64,000 nt of DNA from Eledone cirrhosa (lineage: Eukaryota). Position 1 is the first letter of the stretch. The number at the start of each line of letters is the position of its first letter. The notes beneath the pieces are model-generated. The model saw only the letters and a program-made list of their open reading frames with translations. It was not told where the DNA came from and ran no database searches. The translations under genes and the position numbers were made by a program. The stretch spans positions 259,656,001 to 259,720,000 of the forward strand of contig OZ024743.1 of assembly GCA_964016885.1 (NCBI GenBank). The letters run 5' to 3'. Shown in pieces: positions 26,000-39,445 of this stretch.

Positions 26000-26672
26000 T
26001 ATGAGATGGGTCAGAAAAGTTCCAGGACTGATGTCACAAACGATTTATTTCAAACCCAAACTTCACACTAAGAGTTTTTTTCCTTCAAATTAATCCCCCT
26101 GGAGTCTAATGCACTTTTCCATCCTTTTCGCCACGCTTTCATGCACTCCTGGAAGGATTCTTCCGGGATCCTCCGCAGTTCCGTCTTCACGGCCTTTTTG
26201 ATGTCGTCCACGTCTTCAAAACGGGTCCCCTCCGGGTCGTACTCGAAGATCCATGACTCATCACCGGTGATGACTGTCTCGAGCAAGTCTGGTTCGGTTT
26301 CAAGACGCTCGAGGATGTCCTGGCACACTTGCATGCGTCGACCCTTCTGGTCATCGTTCAGCAGTTTTGGCACCATCTTCGCGCAGACTTTCTGCATGTC
26401 CAGAATCTTCCAGACGCTGTCCCGATTCATGCCCAGCTCATTTGCCATCAGTCGAACAGTCAGCCGACGATCACTACGTACCATTTGCCTGACGCGCTCA
26501 ACGTTGACCTCAGTCCTAGTTGTTGATGGCCTTTCGCTCTTGGGGTCATCTTCCACGTCTTCGCGTCCTTCTTTAAACCTCTTACACCACTCAAAAACAC
26601 GTGAGCGTGACATCGTCTCATCTCCATACACTTGCTGCAGCAATCCCAGTGCTTCTGACGGAGTTTTCAAGT
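26000..26672 (-). mobile_element. Mariner transposon remnant with internally deleted transposase
   Basis: ORF 26068-26670 has the HTH region (VYGDETMSRSRVFEWCKRFKEGRE..RPST), MVPKLL (WVPHEL-like) and ITGDESW, then jumps from YDPE to GTRF. One TIR-like end (TATGAGATGGGTCAGAAAAGTTCCAGGACT) at ~26000. Confidence 0.9.
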
Positions 26673-26804
26673 TTGTTCGTTGCTGTGCTCATTGCTTGAC
26701 GACCTGAAACAGAGGACATGTATATAAAATTATGCATATATGTCCCAAGGCTCTGATACCATCAACACTATAAACACAGAGCTGGCATATCTAAGAACTG
26801 ACTA

Positions 26805-26860
26805 ACTGCCTGATGAGGTCATAGCCATTCAATGGCTATCATCGAAATATATATACCAGT
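26805..26860 (+). ncRNA. Type I hammerhead ribozyme at a PLE-type 3' end
   Basis: ACTGC-CTGATGA-GGTCATAGCCATT-C-AATGGCTATCATC-GAAA-TATATA-TA^-CCAGT, then AATAAA and (TA)n. One mismatch at the base of stem I. Confidence 0.75.
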
Positions 26861-26901
26861 AAATAAAGGATTATGAGTTCATACAATTGACTTATGTTTC
26901 G

Positions 26902-26944
<43 letters not shown>

Positions 26945-26980
26945 TTATACATATATACATATATACATATATACATATAT

Positions 26981-27086
<106 letters not shown>

Positions 27087-27754
27087 ATATATATATATAG
27101 TTATGTAATAAACAACATAAGGCAATTATTTCATTTACCAGTGGTTTCTTAAAACCAAACAAATTTTGCTTTCAATCATCAGAATGAAAAAAATCCTGGT
27201 GTATTTATTGACATTGTATTTTAAAATATATATATATATATATATGGAGGATCTCTAGAGTCTCCGTCAAATAAATTCCTTTCCCAGAGCATTACTCAGT
27301 TTCAGAGTTCCAGACTAGAGTAGAAGACACTTGTCAACGTGCCACGCATTAGGACTAAATCTAGAACTGCATGATTACGAATCGAATTCTTTTACCCAAC
27401 ATCTATGTCGGCGCCAATATGTATTATAAAAAGCAATATAATAGATACTTCTATCAGAAACAACAAAGCTGACCCAATCTTATATTCCCTCTTACCAAAA
27501 TTGCCTGCTTTCCTTTCCTTTGATTTATCGTTTAATTTAATGGGAATATTTTCTACCAACAGTGTTAAAGAAAAATGTTTAGGCAAATAATATTACTTTT
27601 CAATTCTTTCATTTCATAATAACTGTACCGATCTACATAATTTTGTTTTAGAGAGTCATAATTTGAAAGTATTATTTTTAAATTATTTAAAACCGTTAAC
27701 AATATAATACAAAGTATAATTCTTAGAAAATGAAGAAATCGCACACGCAAAAAA

Positions 27755-28025
27755 TATTGGGACGTCAAGTATGACATTTGTAGAAATTTCTAGAAAAAAA
27801 TAAATCTCTACAAATTTCGTACTTGACAACCCAATAACTATAACTAAAATTGATTGCTATAAACAATAGCTGAGAAAGTCGGGTAAATTACCCTTACAGG
27901 CTGAACATATATTCAGCAGCCGCTACAAAGTATTAACCTTCGTATTGCTGGCCAACTTTTACAGTTCATAAGGGTATTTTACCCAATTTTATAAGTTATC
28001 CTTTATAGCAATCGATTTTGGGTTA
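27755..28025. repeat. Two adjacent imperfect fold-back/MITE-like inverted repeats
   Basis: TATTGGG..GTCAAGTA..ATTTGTAGA / TCTACAAAT..TACTTGAC..CCCAATA (27755-27836), and AAAATTGATTGCTATAAA..GGGTAAATTACCCTTA / TAAGGGTATTTTACCC..TTTATAGCAATCGATTTT (27841-28025). Confidence 0.6.
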
Positions 28026-30469
28026 ACAATTATTTTCAGGGATCAATATTTCTACATTTTTACATATACCAATCTACTCAACATTTCCACAGGTTTCTTT
28101 TGTAATATTATTTACAAAGTATAATATATAAACAATACTAATAACGATCGTTTTTATCGGTACTTTAAAACTGGAGGAAGTACATTGGGTAACCTCCACA
28201 AACTGCGGATAATTGTCAATGGGGCTCTATAATGATTTATACTGTAAAAATAAATATAAAAATAAACAACTTAATTAGGAAATCTCAAGTTCAAAGGCTA
28301 TACAATTAATATAGTTGTTGTTGAAATGAATAAAATCGATTTTTCTTTATATACGTATGATATCATCCTGGAATATTTTGTTCTTTTTATTTCTAAAATA
28401 TTTTCTTGTAAGAGATCGATAGTTTAATTATCGAAATGACATTGATATCTTTAATACTTTTTGATTGTTATTTTCAAATGGTATTTTTACATAGTTTGAT
28501 TGCGACGTTTATGTTAATGCTCTCTCTGACTATTCCATTAATCGATCGATTGATTGCCTTATCAAAAATTCAAATGCCAGTTAATATTTTCTGTTGACGA
28601 TTCGGTTGGATAGTCGTATATGAGATATTTTGACATGCGGAACATAATATTGTTGTCTTTTAACCAAGTCTAACAACTTCTGGTGAAGTTTACGCATAAA
28701 TTTGCTACATGAAGAGAGTAGAATGGAAGTTGTTCTAAATATACTAAGGATATATTCGGTTTGAAGCATATTTATTTGTAACGAGTGAAACTGTTTCTTC
28801 GAAATTGTACAAGAATTTTGAATCTTTATCAACTAAATTCGTAAAGATTACTGTGAGCTGATATCTTAATGCAGAAACTGAAAAAAGAAACCAAACTATT
28901 AATCTATTTCTCTGACATGGGTGAGAGTATCAAAATGTTGCATTTTAAGTTTATTTTAAATTCCCTTATACGTCATTATTTGTTGTAATTGTTTGTCTCC
29001 CTGTGCTATCTGACTTATTATCCAAACTGTTCTTGCACATTAAACATGCATTTTCCCAAAGTACAGAGTTTACATAACCCTAATGCATGTACCTGTTCTT
29101 TTTATACAACTGTAATGTGTGTAATTTAAAGGAGATTTCGATGCTATTGTTAGTTACCATCATTGACAGGATCTGCAATTGGTTAAATGCATTCTCTTCA
29201 TTATTATATTTATTTTTGAACACAGAGAAATGAATCATACTGATAGATTTGTCAAAGTATTAGTGATGTAAAATGAAGTACCCTCAGTCTTGTATTTTAC
29301 TCAACATTTCCCTCGTCTTAATCTGGGAATAAAAGATATCGATTCTATATTTCTTCAGAGCCACCAAAACTGATGGGAGGAGGTTGTCCAAAAGCAGAGG
29401 ATGTGCCTTAAATACTGGTAATAGTAGCAATAGTGAAAAGGCTCTCAATGGCCAGGAGGCTATGTTAAATCAAAGAACTCAGAACGAAAGAAAACGGGAA
29501 AATAGGGCAAAGCATTTTAAAAGTCTTGCAAATTCACAGCCATAGACGGATATTTCATTCTATCGATCGCGAAAGGATGTAAGGCTTCATCTTCAAGAGA
29601 TTTGAAGGCGGAACGCAGGGAGTCAGAATAAATACACACACAAACATCTCTGTTAATACGCCGCCTCTTTAAAAATGTCGCGCCCAGTAGGAGACTAGAA
29701 TAGAATCTATGAACTCAATTAATCCTTCTTTTAGTAAAGCATCAAACTTTACATAGAAAAAATATTGGAGATGCGACTGAAGTATGTATCACCTGTGGGT
29801 GGCCAGCTGTCTGTTCGTCGGCTACGATATTTCATAAAACATTTCCTCAAACTTTTGGTAATACCATCGTTATTATAACTCAAACGAATTATTGCTCGAT
29901 CGCATACCGCCATGGAAGGTGTAATTGTTAGTACTGTATAGATGATTAAGATTTATGAAACTATTCAACGACACCAGACCTTTTAGAAATATTTTTCATT
30001 ACTGTTAAATAGAGAGATAGAGATAGGGAAACGATTAATTATAGTTGCTAGAATCGCTTATATCCACGTAAGTATAATTTATTAGCCAAACTAATAGTTC
30101 TTTTGTTTCTAAGATAATTATATGAAATATGGAGTGTTTGTGCTATTTCGATAGACTAAATTTTGCGTTAAAAGCGGAACGACTTAATTGAAATATCTGA
30201 ACTAGACAGCAATAGTTAACAGTTGAAGAAACAAAGAGAAAATTAACGTCGAAAACAGTATCTTTTTGACATTTATCTGTATAAGGTCAATACCGATTTC
30301 TTTGACTTTTGTCCATATGCTATATTAGGCATATATTGTAGATGTACTGTGTGCATACACACGCGCACTCACATGCACACACAAACACTGACACACACAT
30401 AAATATATACATATATACACACACACACACATATATATATATACACACAAATTAAAATGAAAAATTAGA

Positions 30470-30897
30470 AATAGGACTATCCATCATCAGTGATCTACTA
30501 GCCATCATAGGTATTTCTTCGCATTAAACACCAGCTACCTCAGGCTAACGCGAACAATAACTAAAATAAGTTATTGGGATAAAAATAATTGAGTGGAGAA
30601 AGAGAGACAGGTAAAAGAAAACTTTAGTGGTGAGGCAACGTAAAGAGAGGAAAACATAAGAAAATCAAGTCAATGATTCATTTGAACATAAGAACTTGCA
30701 AATATTGATGAGAAGACGAGAGACACATCCCAACCATGCGAAAGTAAGCGAGGAAAGAATTACGCACGATGTGGGACGACGGAGGAAGTGAGAGAGAGGG
30801 TGAGTAGCAGAGATTGAGTGACTGAAAGTATTCACCCCCTCTGCTAGTCATCCTCTCTCGGCTAGCCTCTTCCTCACACTTTCACTCACTCACTCAT
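30470..30897 (-). mobile_element. Diverged copy of the 11826/33203 retrozyme-like family, with short inverted end
   Basis: Reverse complement matches the ribozyme motif and the pyrimidine-rich body. 30833-30897 is in the opposite orientation. Confidence 0.7.
30483..30554 (-). ncRNA. Rewired hammerhead motif, diverged copy 4 (probably inactive)
   Basis: TTCGCG-TTAGCC-TGA-GGTAG-C-TGGTGTT-TAAT-GCGA-A-GAA-ATACC-TAT-GAT-GGCTAG-TAGATCA-CTGATGA-T. Compensatory changes in the outer helix, but U16.1 is G. Confidence 0.6.
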
Positions 30898-30939
30898 GGA
30901 AATGGACAATGCGCACCAGAAATAACTGAACCGAATACT

Positions 30940-32645
30940 AATATAGGGACCCCTAGGAACTATAGAAAATCCAGAGATAGGAAATACTTATGGTTCAATT
31001 CAATATTCAACTCATCTATAAAAAACCAAACTACCTTCTACATTCTTTAATCTAATTGACAAACACTTCCCTAAACTACACAAATGCCATAGAATCTTTA
31101 ACAGAAAAACTATCAAACTGTCTTACTCTACTGCAGCCAACATAGAATCACACATACATAAAATCAACTATAGAAGAATCTCTAAGGAAAATAACCTACC
31201 AACATGCACGATAGCGCCAAATACAAAACGCAAACACATCACAACCACACACATGTCAGGGTGCATCGCAAAAAAACATCAATAAGCCTAAATCTCAGCC
31301 AATCCATAACAACACACAAAACCGCAACGGAGAACCTGCACACAGAAACGCCTCCAACTGAAACTGCCACCTGCCAGATAAGTGCCCACTACAAAATAGA
31401 TGCCTGGAATCAAGTATAGTGTACCTATGTACTATCAATTCGGGCAACTTAGCATGGCACTACATAGGTTCTACGGCTGAGGAATTCAAAAAGAGATGGT
31501 ATGTTCGCAGACATTCTATGAAAGCCTAGACTAGAGAACTCAACAACGCTGGCCAATAAAATCTGGCAACTTAAGGACACAAACCAGGAATATGGGATTA
31601 GCTGGTCAAGATTATCGGTAGCAAGGGCCTACAACAATGGAATATCCCACTGCGGACTTTGCAATATGGAGCTGTTCTATATTTTAAAGTATGATAAAAT
31701 GTTGCTTAACAACAAAATAGAACGATCAATTTTCTGTAGGAACAAAGCAGCTATCATGTTCGCAAGTTTCAAACCAACATGATTCGATCCAGCAATTTCA
31801 GAAGTCAAGCAGAACCACCGGATTTTCATGTACTGACTATATACCACCCCACTATTATTAGCTGTCAACTGACCAACTGGTCACTAAATCAACATCATAA
31901 ACCTCCCAACCTTTCTTTCACTCTCTCTCCCCAAAGCCACATCACCCCATTAAGGTAAAACAATCAGCCTGCTAGGCATTAACCACACATATATGAACTC
32001 AACCCCTCTCAATTTTTATTCTCTATTAACCTATCTACTCCTTCCCGTCCTTAGCTCAACCCCATATGTATCATCCTCGTATCACCACCCCCACTCTATG
32101 TCTCCTGTCCTGTATCTCTTCCCCTCTCACTTAATTTTTATTTATTATTTTTTATCTTTTATCTGTTATTTGTTACTATTTTTTACTTTTTACTCTAATC
32201 TTCTGAGATTTGACCACTACGTATGTATGTATTTAATGTTTTTTTTCATGTTAGTATTATCTCTACGCTCATCACGTCTTGACACATACACTTACTCACC
32301 ACTGTAACTTTAACTACCACCACCACCACCACGATTATCAACAATCGTATTCTGTACTTATTATTTTTTTACTTATTTTTTACGTCTTTATCATCTTCAT
32401 TCTAACTTCTTTATTATTATCTTTTATTATTGATGTTATTGTTTTGATTCTCCGTTTTATCTATAAATACCAATGCCATATGTTAAACCCTCCAGTATTC
32501 CGATGATTTGATCAGAGGCAAACACTGTATTTAAGGTCGAGTGATTAGCGGCCTTTAGACTCAACTGAACAATGAAAAAATTGTTAATACTAGAAATGAA
32601 ACCCTTTTTGTACAGCCGACCAAGTTATTCTTCAATCTTTCACTA
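30940..32645 (+). mobile_element. Degraded 5'-truncated PLE (linker, GIY-YIG, 3' UTR)
   Basis: Across frames: WFNS.FN...LIDKHFP...IFNRKTIKLSYS...CPLQNRC..SIVY.C...YIGST.EEFKKRW...STTLANKIWQLKD...CGLCNME...LLN. A hammerhead lies near the 3' end, and the same end recurs at ~34800-34880. Confidence 0.85.
32494..32591 (+). ncRNA. Type I hammerhead-like, CCGATGA core variant, long stem II
   Basis: AGTATT-CCGATGA-T-TTGATCAG...CTGAACAA-T-GAAA(A)AATTGTT-AATACT. The sister end at 34802 reads GATCAA-T-GAAACAATTGTT-AATACT. Confidence 0.65.
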
Positions 32646-32792
32646 TTATTACTCCAAAAATAACCAGCATGGGAATTCTCACGAATTCGCTACCTAACTG
32701 TGGAAACCTCTTGTTGAGTCAAACAACGCCGTACGTTAAAACTATCCACAATACAAAACACTCACAACCTCTAACTGGATTTCCTGTTATGT

Positions 32793-32820
<28 letters not shown>

Positions 32821-32823
<3 letters not shown>

Positions 32824-33165
32824 AAAAAGAGATGAAATCGCAAATGCAACTGGAGTCTTATTTATTTTTTTTTTTTTTATAAATATATATATTTATTTGG
32901 TTCCTTTACCGGTTTCGCAGTTCTTCTGCTTTTCAAAAGTAGAGTTGAGATGGAGGGTCTGTGGTTTTTCCCTCCATCTCAACTCTACTTCTGAAAAGCA
33001 GAAGAACTTCGAAACCGGTAAAGGAACCAAATAAATATATATATTTAAAAAAAAAAAAAAAAAAAAAATAAGACTCCAGTTGCATTTTCGATTTCATCTC
33101 TTTTTCTTTATACTTTCACTCGTGTAGGACACCTCGGTTATTTTTCAATTTGTAAAGAAAAACAC

Positions 33166-33170
<5 letters not shown>
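32821..33170. mobile_element. PLE-end palindrome (~135 bp arms plus ~60 bp tail) with a hammerhead in each arm
   Basis: 32821-32957 is the reverse complement of 32970-33108. (TA)n on both sides. Confidence 0.85.
32904..32939 (-). ncRNA. Minimal hammerhead with U3-A8 core (UUGAAAA)
   Basis: CTT-TTGAAAA-GCAG-AAGAA-CTGC-GAAAC-CG-GTA^-AAG. The opposite-arm copy at 32988-33023 (+) has CTGAAAA and a stem II mismatch. Confidence 0.75.
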
Positions 33171-33202
<32 letters not shown>

Positions 33203-33206
<4 letters not shown>

Positions 33207-33785
33207 GGACTAATTTTATTCATATATAACCCATGTACAACCACGCAGCACGCCGTTTTTCATATATTTATTTATTCCTCCGCTGCGACCTGTCTGTTTA
33301 TTTCTTACTGCTTCCCCTTTCTCTGTATTTCTCACCTTCTTTTTACCCCCTCTGCCAGTCACTCTCTCTCCGCTGGCCTCTTCCTCACACTTTCACTCAC
33401 TCACTCTCTTCTTCTCCCCTTCTCTCACTTCCTCCCGTTTGACCTGTGTGAAATCCTTTTCACGCTCACATCTCACACAGATCGGATGGTCTCTATCTCT
33501 CCTCGTCTATGATTTCACAGAACTTAAGTTCACAGATATCACGGACGTGTTTCTCCTCTTCCTATCTTTCCGTTGCATTACCATCTTTGTTTGTTTACAT
33601 GTCTCGCTCGCTTCACCCTATTTTACGTGTCCCAATAACTTTCTTTAGTTATTGCTGGCACCATCCAGAGGTATATGATCTTTAAAGCGAAGAAATACCA
33701 ATGAAGGCTGGAAGATCACTGAAGAAGGACTAATTTTATTCATATGTAACCCATGTGCAACCAAGCAGCATGCCATTTTTCATAT
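33203..33785 (+). mobile_element. Retrozyme-like element (family of 11826), 520 bp monomer, different permutation
   Basis: GAAGGACTAATTTTATTCATAT..AACCCATGT..TTTTTCATAT at 33204 and 33724. (TA)n flanks. Confidence 0.8.
33656..33726 (+). ncRNA. Candidate rewired hammerhead ribozyme, copy 3
   Basis: CCATCC-AGA-GGTAT-A^-TGATCTT-TAAA-GCGA-A-GAA-ATACC-AAT-GAA-GGCTGG-AAGATCA-CTGAAGA. Perfect 7 bp stem I; the core varies only at N7. Confidence 0.68.
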
Positions 33786-33801
33786 GTATATATATATATA
33801 T

Positions 33802-34623
<822 letters not shown>

Positions 34624-34875
34624 GAATATATAACAGAGATAAACACAGATATAAACATACATGTGTTCAAATTGTAAGGGACCAGGCTCGCTAGGGTGAA
34701 AAAATAGTATTAACAATATGGTTTGCCAGAGTCAATTTAAAATAATTAATCAAGAAAAAGAAAAACAAACCAATATTGGGCAACTGCCGGAACACCCAGA
34801 CAGATCAATGAAACAATTGTTAATACTAGAAATAAAACCCTTTTTGTACAGCCGACCATGTTATTCGTCAATCTT

Positions 34876-34926
<51 letters not shown>

Positions 34927-34984
34927 GACTATGTGCCGTTCGTAGCACTGATTAGGTCCCTCTCGTATATATATATATATACAT

Positions 34985-35117
<133 letters not shown>

Positions 35118-35287
35118 CAGTTTAAGAGTAACCAATCTTAAAGAGAGAGATGGAGATAGGAGAGAAGAGAGATTGGTGAATTAGTTAGAAGCCAAAGCGT
35201 AAAGGCATGTGCTCAATGTGCAATATGCAGTGGATGGCAGCTAGATGGCAGGGTTCATGCAGAGGTTAGGTGCACAGAGCTGGAAAT

Positions 35288-36085
35288 ATTCATTAGTTAA
35301 GCAAAACAAGACCACAAATTTCACAAGGAAGACATTATTAAAAGATTGTCAACATAGATTTAGTTTAATGTAAGGAATGTAGAGAATAATAATAATAATA
35401 ATAATATTAAAAATGTCCGTTTACAATTGTTTCGCTACTCCATATAATGTTTCTGGATCAAATGTTTCTGTCTTACCGAAGCATATTACATAACTCTATC
35501 ACGACCTCTACCGATTAACGATAGAACGGAGGTAACTATTAGCTGTCAACATCGAAGGGCTAATTCCTTCGCCAACAGAATATTTGACCCAACATAGTCA
35601 TCTAGTCCCATTTTTACTTATAGCTAATAAGTTAAATAGTTATAGCTAACTTAGATAATTATAGGTTACCTCCCTTACATTGTCTCTCAATTAAAAAATT
35701 AGCACATCTTAACTATAAACTACCCACAATTTCTAATTTCTCGAGGAGTTACTTCTCCTGAAACCACCCTCTAATTAGTAAGGTAAATATGTCCATTGGC
35801 GGCAATCTTGTTACCCATAGGCAGATCTCACACAATGCAGCCTCGACTATGGCAGACAATAGATATACCCAGGACACCATAGTGAAATACCAATATATGG
35901 AACATTACATTCATCTAACATTCTTTCTTTATTTTAATTTATATTCCTTTTGACGTTCCGATGAGATGATCGAATTGTGCCTAAGTTAGTTATCTTCAAC
36001 TGAACCAGATCAATAATGATCTATAATCATTTGATCCAGAAACTTTATATGGAGTAGCGAAACAATTGTAAACAGACATTATTAA

Positions 36086-36125
<40 letters not shown>

Positions 36126-36219
36126 TTCTACATTCCTTACATTAAACTAAAACTATGTTGACAATCTTTTAATAATGTCTTCTTTGTGAAATTTGTGGTT
36201 TTGTTTTGCTTAACTAATG

Positions 36220-36225
<6 letters not shown>
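35288..36225 (+). mobile_element. PLE-type 3' fragment with inverted end and CCGATGA hammerhead-like motif (35955-36073)
   Basis: 35288-35463 is the reverse complement of ~36028-36223. GTT-CCGATGA-G...C-GAAAC-AATT-GTA-AAC; stem II poorly preserved. Confidence 0.65.
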
Positions 36226-36270
<45 letters not shown>

Positions 36271-36272
<2 letters not shown>

Positions 36273-36463
36273 TTATAGAAGGAGCTTCTACAGGACTAGT
36301 ACTGTTTCATTCAGATGAAATCTTCAGTTTTCCTGAAGATTTCATCTGAATGAAACAGTACTACTCCTGTAGAAGCTCCTTCTATAAAATAAGAAAATTT
36401 TACTCTGCCATGTATTGAGTACCTTACTTACTGTGGTTATCCCCGATTCAACCCGGGACCTAC

Positions 36464-36465
<2 letters not shown>
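36271..36465. mobile_element. PLE-end palindrome (57 bp arms plus tail) made of two truncated hammerheads
   Basis: Arms 36271-36327 and 36333-36389 each read CTGAAGA-T-TTCA-TC-TGAA-T-GAAAC-AGTACTA-(G/C)TC-CTG. The tail recurs at ~50278-50325. Confidence 0.8.
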
Positions 36466-36505
<40 letters not shown>

Positions 36506-37429
36506 GTGATGGACCTAATCAGTGCTACGAACGGCACACAGTCTGTGACTGTGGTTACACACTTAAATATATATATAATTAGGCAATTCTATTGATTCGT
36601 TAATTATTTAGGCCTTTATTCGGTTTGTGGAATGGAATTTATTCCTTTGCTCACAATTTTAATTTGCCCCCTAAAAGCCTGGTGTTACCTACCTTTGAGG
36701 AAAAACCACGTGATGCCAGAAATTTACTGCTACGATTCACACCGGCTCGCGGCACAGAACGTAAACCTGTTGATAAAGTGAATCCACTGTTCGGTCATCC
36801 CAAACCAAAAAATTGCATACTGCGTAAGTGGAATTGTCGATATCGGATTTCATAGAAACCTATCCGAGATATTGCTTAATATCGATGAGATGGTTCCGGT
36901 TTGTCCATACCTTATTTCGTTTTCTCGTTGCTTTGGGTCATGTGACTGGGTCACCGGTCGCAGTCTTTAATTTGTCAAGCTTTCTAACGTTTATTATTAC
37001 TTTAAGGTGACATAACCTTATCGAGTGCTTTGCTGCACATTCCTGATTGTATATCGTTAGCTTGGCCACAGCCAAAACTTCGATTTTACTAAACTTCCAT
37101 TTGTATATATATATATATATATATATATATGCAAAAGTTTTATTTAAAATTGTTGGGTTACAACGAGTAAATATTTTATAACTGATATAAAGCACTCGAC
37201 AAGTTTTGGAGTATATATGATATTAAACAAATGGAAACTATATTTATAAAACCATATTTATTTCATTATCCATATTTCAGGGATACCATATTAGAAATAT
37301 GGCATGCCTTCTTCAGATAAAATATATATATATATATATTGGTGGAACACTGGAAGGTAATATCCGAAGTGGTAGAGCACTCAGTCCAAGGGACGAGTTA
37401 GGTAGAAGTGGTTACACAACAGTTAGTTC

Positions 37430-37487
37430 ACCATACCGAGAACAATTGTTTCACCTTCGCGGATCTTCAGCTCGGGATGTGTATGGT
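37430..37487 (-). ncRNA. Type I hammerhead ribozyme with bulged, extended stem I
   Basis: ACCATAC-acatcc-CGAG-CTGAAGA-T-CC-GCGAA-GG-T-GAAAC-AATT-GTT^-CTCG-GTATGGT. Confidence 0.85.
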
Positions 37488-37658
37488 TATAGGAACAGGA
37501 AGGACAACCGTACGAACGCGCATGCGCAGAAACTCGGTCACTTCACACAGGCAATACTAGACTGCGTGCGGGGGGTGTAAGGGAGATAACTGCGAAAGTC
37601 CGGAAAGTTTTTTGGTTGAAAATAAAATTAAAAAAATTAAAAATAAAATTACAAAGAA

Positions 37659-39166
37659 TCAGTCCGGAGCCTTGTAGTTATGCAATAGATGTTTGGTGAC
37701 GTGTGGACAACGTGTGAAAAATTTACTTCTCGTGTTTAGGTAATCACTATTGCGTAATCTCTTTACAATAGTTATTTGTTCGTCAATACATAAGCCACAC
37801 GTCGCATTTCCCCTTGCGTATGGCTTGGACTTAGTGATGGCTTTCCATTGAATGGAGTACCCTATACTTGAGTCCTTGAAGGACCATACGTGGCTCGCGA
37901 GTTTCATGGATGAACGTCTGTCCGGGTATCTGAAGGTAGACTGGTGATTCAGGAAACGCTCCTTGAATCGGCCCTCCGCCATGCCCACATAGGATTTGAC
38001 CTCCTGTGGTTCGTTTGGTCGGTTGGAAGTGACCACAGCTTCATAGATTACAGCTGGTGTGTTGCATTGTTGTTGAAGGGGGCAAGCTTCAGGCTTACGG
38101 CAAGAGCACCCTGGTGGAGTGTTGCTCCTAGGGCTGCTGGTGATGTGGGCCTTCATGTTCTTAGCACAGGAGTATCCTAGTTTAACTTTGTGTCGGTTAA
38201 AGATGGAGCAGTATTTATGACCTATGGGGATGTGTCTATCTAAGAGGGCTAGAAATATTTTTCCTACATTGGTTTTAACGTTGAGTGAGAAGGGAGGAGA
38301 GAACCAGATAGTTTGTCTATTGATGCGCTTACTTTTCTTAATGGTGTTGTTGCTAGTGGGAGAGTAGGTGATAGGTTGTGAGAAGCCGCTGTTAGCCAAC
38401 GCCGTGTTATAGTAGGGTGCCGCCCTGTGAAAGATAGCCTTATTAGAGGAGAGGTTTGAGATTCTAGTACTGATATTCTTAACTAAGTTTCTGAAAACAG
38501 TGTGAGGGTGGCATGAGTCCTTGTGAATGCAATTAAGTTTCTCGTTTAGCTTATGGAAGGGTCTGTGGGTGTGTGCGCGAAGGTCTAAATTAATTTCTAA
38601 GAAATCTACGCTAGAGAGGTTGGTGGCTACTGTTATCCTAAGGTCTAACTCATTGAAGGTAGAAGCTAAGTCTTTTTTAAACCGGTCGAGGTCGTGACCA
38701 CTTTTATGGCTCGATAAAGTCAGTCCATCGTCACGGTATATTCCCGTGTGGAAGTCCGGAAATCTAACACGTAATATGTCTAAGATAAAAAGGCCAACCA
38801 AGTCACATACGTCAGCACTGTCAAACGATCCCATGGAGACGTCGAACAGGTCTGAAGATGTAGACTTCTTGGCCCAGGCTACTCCGTCGTTGAAGAGGAG
38901 GGTTTTCCGGCAGTGAGCGATGATTTCCCTCTCTAAACAATCGACGGTGGTATAAGTGGTAGCGAAGTCCAACGCTTTGTTTAACAGGGTCTCTGAGATC
39001 GACGGGTAAAAATCGACAATGTCAAACTGTGTGAACTTCGCTTTTTTTTATTTTAAGGAGTTAAACCACTTAATTACATAGTCGCTGTTCTCCCACTGGG
39101 GCAGGTTGGACTTGGTCCTAATGGTCTTAACTATGTTTCTAAGTATGGCCTTACTGACTAGTCCCA
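37659..39166 (-). pseudogene. PLE RT-GIY-YIG polyprotein, 5'-truncated
   Basis: QFDIVDFYPSI upstream of the called ORF, then MGSFDSADVCDLVG, IYRDDGL, VDFLEI, WFSPPFS, IFNRHKVKLGYS, CSC..CPL..C..VIYEA..YVGMA..FKERF..H..CGLCIDE..CPH. Confidence 0.92.
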
Positions 39167-39185
39167 TAACCTAGAGTGCTTTTCC

Positions 39186-39236
<51 letters not shown>

Positions 39237-39241
<5 letters not shown>

Positions 39242-39445
39242 GGCAAAGCACTCTAGGTTATTCAACTCATCCGCAGTTGATGTTGAATCCTGTGGTTGGT
39301 GCAGGAATGGAGTTAAATATTAATTTGATTAAAATAACATGAGGCCGGACTGGTGATGTGACTTTAAAGTTTTATTGTTGCAAAAACACTATATATATTT
39401 CAATGACCTGGTTAGGTAAGACCCTGGCGACATCATCAGGGTCGA
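39237..39445 (-). mobile_element. PLE-type 3' end with degenerate hammerhead
   Basis: Minus strand CTGATGA...TCATT-GAAA-TATATATA-G (like 26805), then AATAAA. Its terminal 24 bp is inverted across (TA)n at 39167-39190. Confidence 0.55.

Larger units (their letters stand above)
37340..39166 (-). mobile_element. 5'-truncated PLE (RT C-half + GIY-YIG + 3' UTR with hammerhead)
   Basis: Coding similarity runs from ~39166 to the stop at 37659. Short 3' UTR ends at (TA)n near 37338. Confidence 0.92.
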
